A DNA stretch of 64,000 nt from Patescibacteria group bacterium (GCA_018823045.1 JAHJIX010000002.1:846-64845); one strand, 5' to 3'; positions 39,000 through 52,052 are shown, counted from the stretch's first letter. The notes: generated by a model from the sequence alone, not told the origin. Numbers and translations: made by a program.

Positions 39000-40325
39000 A
39001 TGTCATTTGAATCAAATAGAAAAAACTACCATGATCAAAAACAACCCTCATTACCTCATACACAAGAAGCCCAAGCAAGATTAGAAGATTTTTTAACCAC
39101 AAATACACAAGAACCCAAAGATAGTGATGAAAAAACCTATGAACAAGGTAGCCGCAGAAATAATATAAATGATCTTATTTGGCAACTACATCATGCATTA
39201 TCAGAAAACATACCTTCTTCTGATTTTTTCAGCCTTTTTAACAAAATAAATGGAGAAATTGCCGATCTCCCTAAATCTCCAGAAAAAAAACAATCTTTAA
39301 AATTTCTTAGAGAACTAACCTCATTACTCAAAGAAAAAAAAGACGTACCAAAAAAAAGACAAGCTACAAAACAAACACCTATTGTCACTTACAGAGAAAG
39401 AGGAACAACACCAAAACCTTTTCTTAAAGAAATCAAAACAACTGCACAAAGTGAACCTATCCCAGAAAGAGAAGAAGGGCGTCTTTTTTCTGCAATTTGG
39501 GAAAAAATACAACAAACTCAGCAAGCATCAAGATTAGATACTGCTCAATTTGACGACTTGATAAGTCCTGATGAAATAAATGATGATAAAAGCAGATTAG
39601 AACAATTTGGTTTCCAAGACAAAAATAAAGTCTATGCCACAGCATTTGAAACATATATTTTTGATATGATCAACAACCAAGATTGGCTTGGACCAGAAGT
39701 ACAGGCACTCCCTTCCAGTGAATTTGATGATCAAAAAAATGGTGTCGATATTCTATTAGAAATAAATACACCACTAGCAGAAGAACCATTACATATTTGT
39801 ATCGATCTTACGTTTGGACAAACTACACTAGAAAAAAAGATTAAACGTATTCTAAAAAGTTTAAAAGATGGCAACTTAGGAAACGTAAAATATTTCCACT
39901 CCCCTCAAACAGAAACGCGAGAAATCAACAAAGAACATATACTTCATGTCGTCGCCGGAACACAAAAAACACAATTATTTGAGTTACTTAAAGACTGGCA
40001 GACAAATACAGCTGGAGCAAACCAAAAAGAATTTAAAATATTACTTTTAGATCAAATAATGCTCCAAATAATAAAACAACGTGACTTTTTACTCAAAGCA
40101 CCGGAAGCAATATCATCACTAGACCCAAGTACACGATTAAAGATGTTAACAATTTTAGGAGAATTTTCTCGACAATTTGCACAAATACAAAATAATATCA
40201 ACAACAAAAATGGTATAAACATTCAAGATTTACCTGAGTTAAGAGCTACCAACATTTTAACAAGGCAACTTCATGAACTATTTGATATACCCCTAGAAGA
40301 TACTAATATACAATTAGCAGTTTAA
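39000..40325 (+). CDS. Hypothetical protein (K/E/Q-rich, orphan; ORF may start at 38952)
   Basis: about 440-aa ORF with low-complexity N-terminal half and a C-terminal globular region; no motif recognised. Confidence 0.45.
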   Translation: MSFESNRKNYHDQKQPSLPHTQEAQARLEDFLTTNTQEPKDSDEKTYEQGSRRNNINDLIWQLHHALSENIPSSDFFSLFNKINGEIADLPKSPEKKQSLKFLRELTSLLKEKKDVPKKRQATKQTPIVTYRERGTTPKPFLKEIKTTAQSEPIPEREEGRLFSAIWEKIQQTQQASRLDTAQFDDLISPDEINDDKSRLEQFGFQDKNKVYATAFETYIFDMINNQDWLGPEVQALPSSEFDDQKNGVDILLEINTPLAEEPLHICIDLTFGQTTLEKKIKRILKSLKDGNLGNVKYFHSPQTETREINKEHILHVVAGTQKTQLFELLKDWQTNTAGANQKEFKILLLDQIMLQIIKQRDFLLKAPEAISSLDPSTRLKMLTILGEFSRQFAQIQNNINNKNGINIQDLPELRATNILTRQLHELFDIPLEDTNIQLAV

Positions 40326-40373
40326 TCATTTTACACCTCAACGGTTACCTCAAACCCACTAAACATAGATACT

Positions 40374-40406
40374 AAAAACCCCATACTCTTTCGTATGGGG
40401 TTTTTG
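40374..40406. terminator. Bidirectional intrinsic terminator between convergent genes
   Basis: AAAAA-ccccatac-tctttc-gtatgggg-TTTTT. Confidence 0.55.
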
Positions 40407-40411
40407 TATTT

Positions 40412-41302
40412 CTATTCTTCCGCTAAATAATCATATACTTCTTGTGGAAATTCCATTCCTGCATCAATTGCCTCAATCAATACTCTCTTAGCATTTACAT
40501 CATCACCAACACCAGCATATGCACTCCCCAACCAATACCCCATATATGGATGCTGAGTAATATTTGTTGATAACAATAATGTAATTACTTCTTCAAGTTC
40601 ATCATTAAAATAATACGCAATTGCTAAATTTTGTTTACTTGTTTCTGATTTTTCTTCATCATATTCATATGCTTTTTTTGCATATTCAAGTGCTTTTACA
40701 TAATTCTCATACTGTGGAGCAATTTCTTCTAAATCAAGATATATAAGTGACAATGAATTGTTTACTTGGTCATCTTTTGGTTTTAACTTTAGTGCTTTTT
40801 CTAATTGAATGACAGCTTCATCAATATTTTTTTCAAGTGTTGCAATTTCACCTGCAATCAAATAATATTCAAAATCTCCATCATCTGTCAAAAGAAGCGC
40901 TTTTTGAAATATCGCAACAGCCTCTTCTGTTCGCCCTTCCAAATCATAAGCATAGGCAAGATTTTTCAGAAAATTTATTTTATTCTTTTTAGTAACCGCT
41001 TCATCTGCAGCTTCTTCTAATTGCACTATTGCTGTTGCGGCATTTCCTGAATCTAAACTAAGCAATGCTTCATTGTTTTTATCGATAGCACTATCGTCTA
41101 CACTGTTATAAATACCCATACCCACAATAAATACAATCACTAACATTCTAACAAGATGTTGCTTTTTCTTTAACAATTTATTTACTCCTGGTGTTGCTTC
41201 TGCGGCTTGCTCCTCTATTGTTTTTTCAGGAAATGGAACACCACAGCTGGTGCAAATATTGCTCGTTCCTTCTGATACTTTTCCACAACTAATACAACGC
41301 AT
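40412..41302 (-). CDS. Zinc-ribbon / single-TM / TPR-repeat protein
   Basis: N-terminal 'CISCGK...CTSCG' zinc ribbon, TM 'LVRMLVIVFIVGMGIY', then several TPR-like repeats ('AIFQKALLL...','AVIQLEKALKLKP...'). Confidence 0.65.
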   Translation of the reverse strand: MRCISCGKVSEGTSNICTSCGVPFPEKTIEEQAAEATPGVNKLLKKKQHLVRMLVIVFIVGMGIYNSVDDSAIDKNNEALLSLDSGNAATAIVQLEEAADEAVTKKNKINFLKNLAYAYDLEGRTEEAVAIFQKALLLTDDGDFEYYLIAGEIATLEKNIDEAVIQLEKALKLKPKDDQVNNSLSLIYLDLEEIAPQYENYVKALEYAKKAYEYDEEKSETSKQNLAIAYYFNDELEEVITLLLSTNITQHPYMGYWLGSAYAGVGDDVNAKRVLIEAIDAGMEFPQEVYDYLAEE

Positions 41303-41323
41303 ATCTTTTCTACTTACAAATAA

Positions 41324-42529
41324 TTAATACAATAACTCTCCCAATTGAGATAACACAGATACCCAAATCACACCTGGAACGATAGAAATTTCTTCTCCAG
41401 CATCATCATACCATCGTGTTTTGTCTGTTCTGTTTTCTTTTTTCCATGTTCCTTGCACATGTTTTCCATGCATAAATATATCCACATCTCCCTCACCCAA
41501 CGTTTCTACTCGCAATCGTCCAACATTGTCAATCACTTTTGCACTCACATGCTCAACGATAACAGTATTTGCAATTAAAGCCCCGCCTGTTTGGTCATAA
41601 TGTTTTCTTCCACCTTCATAACGCTCATACAGATCTTGTTCTGCATTATACATCCAAGTGGCTCTGTAAGTGTATGGTGCAAAAGCAACGGTAATTTCAT
41701 CAAGACAATTTTCTTGACAGGCTTCTGCCTCATGATCGAATTTCCAAGAATCAATCTGAGTATTCGCCTCTTCAGGTGCGTACGTTTCATACGCATCTTG
41801 CCACAATTGACTTGATGTATACACATTATGTGGGGCAGCACGATCACGACTACGCCAAAAATACCATCCACGAGAAAACTCATTCATATCAAATATACCG
41901 GTCTGCGCAATTTTTTCGAGCGCCTCCGGTGATCCACCAACATGCATATACATTGTATCTCCATATTCAGATAACCAATCAATATAATATGGACGTGCAC
42001 TACGCACTGGCCCAACTTTTACTACATCATCACTTTCTATAAATAACGCAAAAAAACGAGTAATATTTCCTTCTACGGCAGCCTCATAAACTACCCGTGC
42101 TTGAGATAGACCTGCAAGCGGTCGTGCTTCAACATGATTTTCAATCATAACACCCACAATACCTGGAGCAACAGCCTCTTCACGCTCCACACACACTCCA
42201 TCAATTAATCGCTCATAATCACAAAATATTTCTTCAAGCTCTTCTTCAATAACAAATTCTTCTTCAGCACGCTCTTGTTCTATGTGTTTTTTTGACCACA
42301 TAGACTGAGATAAAAATAACACTAAACCAAGTGCCACAAACAACACAAACCCAGCTAGTACATATACCATATGTACAGAATCGATGCCAATGGACTTTTG
42401 AAATTGCTTAATTTTTTTTGTATATTGAGAAATAGGAATCTTCATATATATAATAAAAGGATAATTAGCCTCTTTATCATAACAAAAAACAGAGCCGTTT
42501 GTCGAACTCTGTTTTTTATGAATGTTCAT
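41324..42529 (-). CDS. Hypothetical membrane-anchored extracytoplasmic protein (possibly DUF3048/YerB-like); start uncertain
   Basis: TM 'VYVLAGFVLFVALGLVLFLS' then about 320-aa domain; no catalytic motif recognised; first about 40 nt of ORF form a hairpin plus T-run, so true start may be internal (about 42445). Confidence 0.45.
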   Translation of the reverse strand: MNIHKKQSSTNGSVFCYDKEANYPFIIYMKIPISQYTKKIKQFQKSIGIDSVHMVYVLAGFVLFVALGLVLFLSQSMWSKKHIEQERAEEEFVIEEELEEIFCDYERLIDGVCVEREEAVAPGIVGVMIENHVEARPLAGLSQARVVYEAAVEGNITRFFALFIESDDVVKVGPVRSARPYYIDWLSEYGDTMYMHVGGSPEALEKIAQTGIFDMNEFSRGWYFWRSRDRAAPHNVYTSSQLWQDAYETYAPEEANTQIDSWKFDHEAEACQENCLDEITVAFAPYTYRATWMYNAEQDLYERYEGGRKHYDQTGGALIANTVIVEHVSAKVIDNVGRLRVETLGEGDVDIFMHGKHVQGTWKKENRTDKTRWYDDAGEEISIVPGVIWVSVLSQLGELLY

Positions 42530-43173
42530 TATTCTGCCGCAGCTTCTTCTTTCTTTCCTTTTTCTTCTACTTTAATATCAGCAACAGATACTGAACTTCC
42601 TTCTTCTCTTGCGTCAAGCTGTTCTTGTGTCATCGGAGCTGACACTTTAGCAACAAGTGTATCTGGCGCATCAACAAGTGTCATTCCTTCAGGAAGAACA
42701 ACATCACCTAAAGTAATACTATCATCAAATGTTGCAAGTACTGAAATATCAACAGTAATACTATCTACTAAATCTTTCGGCATTGTTTTTACTGTAATAG
42801 AATCAACACCCTTAGATAAATTACCACCTAACATTTTTTCAGCAGGAGCAACACCTTCAAGCACTAACTCAACACTCACTTCCATTGCTTCTCCCATAGT
42901 AACATGGCGAAAATCAATATGAGTAAATGTACGTTTAATTGGATCAATTTGTAAATCTTGAATCAATACAGGAGTTTTTTCTCCACCCTCGATGTCAAGT
43001 TCAATAATTGTTGACTCTCCACAATCATCAAATAATTTACTAAAAGCTACATATGGTACAGCCACTGAAAAACTTTCAATATGTGGTCCGTATACTACCG
43101 CTGGAATTTGTCCTTCTGCGCGAAGTTCTGATGAATTTCCTTCTCGTTTTTTTGCTGCTAAACTAATGCTCAT
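42529..43173 (-). CDS. rplY: 50S ribosomal protein L25 / general stress protein Ctc
   Basis: 'LRAEGQIPAVVYGP' N-terminal bL25 motif, beta-barrel C-terminal domain, acidic tail. Confidence 0.8.
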   Translation of the reverse strand: MSISLAAKKREGNSSELRAEGQIPAVVYGPHIESFSVAVPYVAFSKLFDDCGESTIIELDIEGGEKTPVLIQDLQIDPIKRTFTHIDFRHVTMGEAMEVSVELVLEGVAPAEKMLGGNLSKGVDSITVKTMPKDLVDSITVDISVLATFDDSITLGDVVLPEGMTLVDAPDTLVAKVSAPMTQEQLDAREEGSSVSVADIKVEEKGKKEEAAAE

Positions 43174-43183
43174 ATCGTATAAA

Positions 43184-43561
43184 TTACGTAAAAGAATAAA
43201 TAAATTGTTGTTGCTTGAGCAACGAATGAAATACTATAATATCATCTTGTTTAATTGCTGGCTTATGTCGCAAACGATTTACATCATCGAGATGCAAATC
43301 TGTTAACATGCCGATAGTACCAACACCCTTCTCTGAAGAAAGAATAAATGCAAGCATCGCATGGTGACATGATTGACAGGTCACATGATAAAGCTGCGCT
43401 TCTTCCCCTTCTTCTACAATACAAATATTTCCCTTATCATAGTGCTCTCCACAAAGCGGACACGTTTTTGTTAAGGAAATTTGATCGTGTGTAATATTAT
43501 TTTCAGACATAAACGTGATCAAAAGTGATGTAACGATAGCAAAAAAACAAAACAATGTCAA
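43184..43561 (-). CDS. Hypothetical TM protein with CxxC...CxxC(HH) zinc-binding motif
   Basis: 'CPLCGEHYDKGNICI...CQSCHHAM'; N-terminal TM. Confidence 0.4.
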   Translation of the reverse strand: MTLFCFFAIVTSLLITFMSENNITHDQISLTKTCPLCGEHYDKGNICIVEEGEEAQLYHVTCQSCHHAMLAFILSSEKGVGTIGMLTDLHLDDVNRLRHKPAIKQDDIIVFHSLLKQQQFIYSFT

Positions 43562-43725
43562 GAGAAAATCTCTTGGCGATGTGTACAGAAGTATATCATA
43601 GATATATAAAGAAATAAAGAAAACACATTCCTAACTATTAACGCATCTATTACACCTGAAACGCCACCTTGACAAAACTATAAAAATGTACTATAATTAG
43701 CTGTATTTACTTAATATATACTTCT

Positions 43726-44208
43726 ATGAATCGTGATGGATTATCTTATAGTATTACTATTCTTATCGTAGCAATTATTACAATATCTTCAGCATTATTA
43801 TATACAAATTACCATACTACCAAAGAAATGAATGCGCCAACGAAACAAAAAACGCTTACCTTTTATCAATCCGTTGATTGTGATCACCTCATAAAACATA
43901 GTGTTTTAGCACAAAAATCAATATCTGATGCAGAAACTATACTCGCAGAAATAGATACCCCGCTAAAGTATCAATCAATTGAGATAAAAAACAAAGTGGC
44001 ATATATTGATTGGCCAGAAGACATTTACCAACATAGTTGGATCAGCACAAGCTGTGGTAGTTATACCTTTTTAGAACCAATACAACACAGTTTAACAGAA
44101 TTAGACCATATCGATTCCATCATCCATTCAATTGATGGAAACGAAAGTGACTTTTATACATTTATGCAATTAAGCTGCCCAGATCAAGCAACTCACTGTA
44201 ATATCTAA
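43726..44208 (+). CDS. Hypothetical membrane-anchored/secreted protein
   Basis: N-terminal TM 'ITILIVAIITISSALLY'; 4 Cys; no motif recognised. Confidence 0.4.
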   Translation: MNRDGLSYSITILIVAIITISSALLYTNYHTTKEMNAPTKQKTLTFYQSVDCDHLIKHSVLAQKSISDAETILAEIDTPLKYQSIEIKNKVAYIDWPEDIYQHSWISTSCGSYTFLEPIQHSLTELDHIDSIIHSIDGNESDFYTFMQLSCPDQATHCNI

Positions 44209-44253
44209 CATAAAAATAACATCCACAGAAGATGTTATTTTTTATTTCCATGA

Positions 44254-45369
44254 TTAACACTCTTTCCCCTGATTTGACCGATATATTGCCATAGCAATAC
44301 CAATCAAAAAATAATTCATAATTAAAGAAGACCCTCCATAACTAACAAAAGGTAAAGTAACCCCCGTAACAGGAAGAAGTCCTGTTGCTCCACCAATATT
44401 TACCACCATTTGAATACCAAATACAAAGAGTACTCCCATCACCGTATAGGCTGAAAAATCATCATTAGAATCCCGAGCAATCACAACCAATCGCCACATG
44501 AGCAAATAATACATACCCAATAATAAGATAATACCTACAAATCCCAATTCTTCACCAATCACAGCAACAATAAAATCTGTTTGCGCTTCTGGTAAAAAAT
44601 GTAATTGACTTTGTGAACCAGAACCAAGCCCTCTCCCCCACCATTGTCCTGAACCCACAGCAATAAGCGATTGAGTTACATTATATCCATCTCCCAATGG
44701 ATCACGCCCTGGGTCAACAAAATTTAATACCCGTTCCTTTTGATATGTTTTAAATAAGAAAAACCACGCAAAAATAACCACAACCAAACCAATACCAATA
44801 AATCCAAAAATATAACGTTTTTTTACTCGAGAAACTAAGAGAAGCAAAAACCATACACCCAAAAGCACACTTGCAGACCCTAAATCTGGTTGGAGCATGA
44901 TAAGTCCGACATAAAAACCAGCGGCAAGCCCACTTGATAATACATATTCCCATTTATCAAAACGCCGACCTTGTTTACTCATCCACCATCCTAAAAGAAG
45001 TACTAAGGCTACTTTTGCAAATTCAGCTGGTTGAAAAGAAAACCCAGCAATACGAAACCATCCTCGGGTACCACGAATAGAAGTCCCAAAAAGTAACACC
45101 CCCATAAGTAACAGCAAACCAACCATATATAACACACGAGCAGAAGAGGCATAACGTGTTTTATGAATAACACCAGATATCCCCATAATACCAAGCCCTA
45201 GTGCCGAAGCAATCACTTGTGTTGGAAAATAAATTAACGTTTCTCCACGAGATAAATCAATACTATAAATAGCAGCAATACCAATTGCTGTTAAAATAAA
45301 TACGACAATGGCCAAAAACCAGTCATACCCAAAAATAATTGTTCTTAAACGAATCATACACGCAATCAA
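44254..45369 (-). CDS. rodA: SEDS-family peptidoglycan glycosyltransferase (RodA/FtsW)
   Basis: about 10 TMs, 'FQPAEFAKVALVLLLGWWM', 'SQSQLHFLPEAQTDFIVAVIGEELGFVG' motifs typical of FtsW/RodA. Confidence 0.85.
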   Translation of the reverse strand: MIACMIRLRTIIFGYDWFLAIVVFILTAIGIAAIYSIDLSRGETLIYFPTQVIASALGLGIMGISGVIHKTRYASSARVLYMVGLLLLMGVLLFGTSIRGTRGWFRIAGFSFQPAEFAKVALVLLLGWWMSKQGRRFDKWEYVLSSGLAAGFYVGLIMLQPDLGSASVLLGVWFLLLLVSRVKKRYIFGFIGIGLVVVIFAWFFLFKTYQKERVLNFVDPGRDPLGDGYNVTQSLIAVGSGQWWGRGLGSGSQSQLHFLPEAQTDFIVAVIGEELGFVGIILLLGMYYLLMWRLVVIARDSNDDFSAYTVMGVLFVFGIQMVVNIGGATGLLPVTGVTLPFVSYGGSSLIMNYFLIGIAMAIYRSNQGKEC

Positions 45370-45377
45370 ACCGACAA

Positions 45378-48432
<3,055 letters not shown>

Positions 48433-48446
48433 GCTAACATTGCACA

Positions 48447-48482
48447 AAAAAAAGCAATGAATAAAATTCATTGCTTTTTTAT
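48447..48482 (+). terminator. Intrinsic terminator downstream of gyrB
   Basis: agcaatgaa / ttcattgct 9-bp stem followed by TTTTTTT. Confidence 0.55.
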
Positions 48483-48582
48483 TACCTCCTTATGTATGCG
48501 ATTTCAGATATACGCACCATAACATATTTATTGATATATTTCAAGATACCCCTGTATAAAACGCATATTATCCCCTATTTAC

Positions 48583-48611
48583 TTGACAAAAATCTTTTTT
48601 TTATGTATAGT
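48583..48611 (+). promoter_or_regulatory. Consensus sigma70-type promoter TTGACA-17-TATAGT upstream of secE-nusG-rplK
   Basis: acTTGACAaaaatcttttttttatgTATAGTaagc. Confidence 0.55.
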
Positions 48612-48658
48612 AAGCATAAATATATGGCCTAGGGCCATTTTTAAATACCTCAAAAATA

Positions 48659-48846
48659 TGAAATACCTCGTGAGTTTTAAAAACTACCTTGTTGATTCTG
48701 TTCATGAAATGAAAAAAGTCACATGGCCAACAAAAACACAAACACAAAATTATACGATTTTTGTTGTTATTATGAGTGTTGGTGTTGCCCTCTTCTTTGG
48801 AATTATTGACTACGTACTCAACCTTGGACTAGAACAAATCATCTAA
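48659..48846 (+). CDS. secE: Preprotein translocase subunit SecE
   Basis: about 62 aa with 'VHEMKKVTWPTKTQT...' then single TM 'IFVVIMSVGVALFFGIIDYVL' - typical SecE; upstream ATG at 48583 lies within the promoter. Confidence 0.7.
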
Positions 48847-48893
48847 ACACAAAACAACCATAACAGCATCACTCACATAACTTTACTACACAT

Positions 48894-49439
48894 ATGGCAA
48901 AACAAAACCTGGAACTTGGACGTCGTTGGTATGTGCTCCATACCTATAGCGGCTATGAAGAAAATGTTAAAAGAAATCTTTCACAGCGTATTGATACTTT
49001 TGACATGCAAAACAAAATTTTTGGTGTTCTTGTCCCAAAAGAAAAAAAGATCAAAATCAAAAATGGAAAACGAACCGTTATTGAAGAAAAAATCTTTCCA
49101 GGATATGTACTTGTTGAAATGATTGTAACTGATGACTCATGGTATGTTGTACGAAACACACCAAATGTTACTGGATTTGTTGGATCCGGAACAACCCCTA
49201 CTCCAATTGACCAAAAGGAAGTTGATGCACTACAAAAACGAATGGGTATCGAAGATCCAACACACAAAATTGATTTTGCCCCTGAAGATAACGTTCAAAT
49301 TATTGATGGGCCATTTAAAGGATTTGAAGGAAAAATTTCTGAAGTAGATGATACACGTGGAAAAATTAAAGTACTCGTCAGTATGTTTGGTCGAGAAACT
49401 CCAATTGAACTCGATGCATTGCAAGTCAAAAAAATGTAA
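48894..49439 (+). CDS. nusG: Transcription termination/antitermination factor NusG
   Basis: 'RRWYVLHTYSGYEENV' NGN domain and KOW 'IIDGPFKGFEGKISEVD'. Confidence 0.85.
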   Translation: MAKQNLELGRRWYVLHTYSGYEENVKRNLSQRIDTFDMQNKIFGVLVPKEKKIKIKNGKRTVIEEKIFPGYVLVEMIVTDDSWYVVRNTPNVTGFVGSGTTPTPIDQKEVDALQKRMGIEDPTHKIDFAPEDNVQIIDGPFKGFEGKISEVDDTRGKIKVLVSMFGRETPIELDALQVKKM

Positions 49440-49538
49440 TATTCACTAGAATAATAAGTACGTCTCAATCAGGGTGGCTTAAAAGACAAGCGCTTCTCAC
49501 TTTGATCAGGATGTACTTAATACAGATAAACAAATACT

Positions 49539-49964
49539 ATGGCAAAAAAATTATCAACACAGATCAAATTACAAATTACAGGTGGAGCTGCAAACCCTGC
49601 ACCTCCAGTTGGACCAGCTCTTGGTCAACATGGGTTAAATATTCAAGATTTTTGTACACAATTTAATAACGCAACAGCAGACAAAAAAGGAGAAGTTGTC
49701 CCTGTTGTTATTAATGTATATGATGATCGAACATTTAGCTTTGTTACAAAAGTAGCGCCAGCAAGTGCTTTAATTAAAAAAGCAGCAGGAATTAACAAAG
49801 GATCAAGCAATCCTTTAAAAGATAAAATTGGAAAAATTACTCAAGCACAATTACAAGAAATTGCTGAGAAAAAAATGCCCGATTTAAATGCAAATGATAT
49901 CGATGCCGCAATGAAAATTATTGCAGGTACAGCAAAACAAATGGGAGTCACCATTGAAGGATAA
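49539..49964 (+). CDS. rplK: 50S ribosomal protein L11
   Basis: '[27 protein letters not shown]' canonical uL11. Confidence 0.9.
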   Translation: MAKKLSTQIKLQITGGAANPAPPVGPALGQHGLNIQDFCTQFNNATADKKGEVVPVVINVYDDRTFSFVTKVAPASALIKKAAGINKGSSNPLKDKIGKITQAQLQEIAEKKMPDLNANDIDAAMKIIAGTAKQMGVTIEG

Positions 49965-49980
49965 TTCTCACAACAATCCA

Positions 49981-50016
49981 AAAAACCCCTCTGAAGTATA
50001 TTTGGAGGGGTTTTTT
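49981..50016 (+). terminator. Intrinsic terminator immediately downstream of rplK
   Basis: AAAAA-cccctc-(13-nt loop)-gagggg-TTTTTT. Confidence 0.55.
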
Positions 50017-50153
50017 AACGTTTTATTACTCACAACATTGGAAGCAATTCATCATTTCTGCTATACTAGTATTATCTATTCCCATGAATTATCTTTATGT
50101 CTGTCAAAGCAAAAAAATTATATTGTACTTGTTACCTCACGCTCACACCAGAG

Positions 50154-51149
50154 ATGAAAAAATATGTTCGCCAAAAACTGCGTGGACAAAAAGTACAAAT
50201 TATTGATGATGTTGTTTGTCTTGATAATCTTGATCCAAAAACAGAAGTATTAGGTGTATTTGTTGATTCATATGTAACAAAAAAAGTTATTGAATCTTTG
50301 CCAAAATTAAAACAAATTGTTACCTTTTCTACCGGATACAGTCATATTGATTTAAAAACAGCAAAAAAAAGAAAAATTCCTGTTTGTAATGTGCCTAGTT
50401 ATGGTGAACACACTGTTGCTGAATTTGCTATGGGCCTCATATTATCTCTTACCCGACAAATATTTCCCTCAGTAAAACGCATTAAAGAAGGATCATATGA
50501 CTATCATGGTTTGCGCGGGAATGATATCATGGGCAGTGACCTGCATCAAAAAACAGTTGGGATCATCGGTACAGGTAATATTGGAAAACATATCATACGC
50601 ATGTTAAAAGGATTTGATATTGAGATTATTGCCCATGATCTATTCCCAAAAAAGACACTCGCCAAAGAACTCGGCTTTAGCTATGTCACCCTTCCACAAC
50701 TCCTCAAAAAATCAGATGTTATTTCTCTTCATGTGCCCTTATTTGATAGCACCTACCACATGATCAATAAGACTGCAATTAAAAAAATGAAAAAAGGAGT
50801 ATATATTATTAATACTGCTCGCGGTGGACTGATTGATTCAGAGGCATTACTCTGGGGATTAGAAGAAGGAATCGTTGCGGGAGCAGGACTTGATGTCCTC
50901 GAGGGAGAAGATTTACTTGAAGATCCACTTAAACTTCTTTGTGAAGACTGTACCATAAAAGATACTCGTATTAGTCTTATAAATAACGTGTTAATTGATC
51001 ACCCAAAAACAATTATTACACCACATATTGCATTTAATACCACAGAAGCAGTACAAAGAATTATTGATACCAGTACTGCACAAATAAAAGCATTTAGTCG
51101 TGGAGAACAAACACTATACGATGTTACTCTTCCAAAACGCAAGAAATAA
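50154..51149 (+). CDS. D-isomer-specific 2-hydroxyacid dehydrogenase (D-lactate dehydrogenase-like), NAD-binding
   Basis: 'VGIIGTGNIGKHIIRMLKGF' Rossmann GxGxxG, 'INTARGGLID', catalytic 'ITPHIAF'; ORF may start at 50097. Confidence 0.8.
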   Translation: MKKYVRQKLRGQKVQIIDDVVCLDNLDPKTEVLGVFVDSYVTKKVIESLPKLKQIVTFSTGYSHIDLKTAKKRKIPVCNVPSYGEHTVAEFAMGLILSLTRQIFPSVKRIKEGSYDYHGLRGNDIMGSDLHQKTVGIIGTGNIGKHIIRMLKGFDIEIIAHDLFPKKTLAKELGFSYVTLPQLLKKSDVISLHVPLFDSTYHMINKTAIKKMKKGVYIINTARGGLIDSEALLWGLEEGIVAGAGLDVLEGEDLLEDPLKLLCEDCTIKDTRISLINNVLIDHPKTIITPHIAFNTTEAVQRIIDTSTAQIKAFSRGEQTLYDVTLPKRKK

Positions 51150-51153
51150 TAAT

Positions 51154-52017
51154 ATGAAACGATACGCACTCTTTTTTCTTATCGCTATTCTTCCCTTTTT
51201 TCTCTCTGGCTGTGGTGAAGAACCACTCATTCAAGAAGAAACAACACCTATCGAGAATAACGAACAATTAGTGAAGCTCACACCGGAACAAGAACTCTAT
51301 CTTGCATGTACAGAGGCAGGATATTCTGTTGCGATTCGTTTTGATTATAAAGAAAATACACAAGTTATTTATTGCGTACTTCAAGAACAGCCCGAATGGC
51401 TTTGCCCAGCAAAACAACTTATCGCAGAGCAATGTGGCGAAAAACCAGAACATCTCGATGATCAGTACCTCACGATGGTCACAGAAGATATTTTAGAAGA
51501 AAGTCCACGCTTTTGTGAACCAATTGCCACTCCTATTTGTGGAACAGATGGAAGGACCTACACCAATGCCTGTTTTGCCACTCAACAAAACATCGGTATC
51601 AGCAAAGAAGGACCGTGTACGACCCAAACGCCTATGACACCCCCAAATACCCCTCCTCCACCCATCACTTCTGGAGGAAGCGCTATTACCGCCTATGCAA
51701 TAATCCCCCCAGAAGGACCGTATACAACAGTTGTAACAGAAAGTACACAAGTACAATCGGCACCTTCATGGCTTGATATTCCAATACAAATGCTTCGTGA
51801 TGAAGATACCACATATCAAGTAGTTATCTATCGCTGTATTGTAAAAAACACAACCTATTATTACGAAGATAAAGACTCTTCATTTGGTCTTGATACACTC
51901 TACACACCAGATGGAGAAGTTATTTGCTACCCAAATAATGATTTTGACCGCTCTTGCCCACTTGATTTTAGAAATAACGATAAGCCTGGTTGTACTCCCA
52001 TTTGGAAGCGGTTTTAA
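51154..52017 (+). CDS. Lipoprotein with Kazal-type protease-inhibitor-like domain and Pro-rich linker
   Basis: Signal plus lipobox 'FFLSGC'; 'CEPIATPICGTDGRTYTNACFATQQ...GPC' fits Kazal C-x-PxCG-xDG-xTY-xNxC; 'TPMTPPNTPPPP' linker. Confidence 0.6.
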   Translation: MKRYALFFLIAILPFFLSGCGEEPLIQEETTPIENNEQLVKLTPEQELYLACTEAGYSVAIRFDYKENTQVIYCVLQEQPEWLCPAKQLIAEQCGEKPEHLDDQYLTMVTEDILEESPRFCEPIATPICGTDGRTYTNACFATQQNIGISKEGPCTTQTPMTPPNTPPPPITSGGSAITAYAIIPPEGPYTTVVTESTQVQSAPSWLDIPIQMLRDEDTTYQVVIYRCIVKNTTYYYEDKDSSFGLDTLYTPDGEVICYPNNDFDRSCPLDFRNNDKPGCTPIWKRF

Positions 52018-52023
52018 TATTAC

Positions 52024-52052
52024 TTGACAAAAAACAAATAATGAGCTAAACT
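52024..52052 (+). promoter_or_regulatory. Putative promoter TTGACA-17-TAAACT upstream of rplA
   Basis: acTTGACAaaaaacaaataatgagcTAAACTaagc. Confidence 0.45.
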
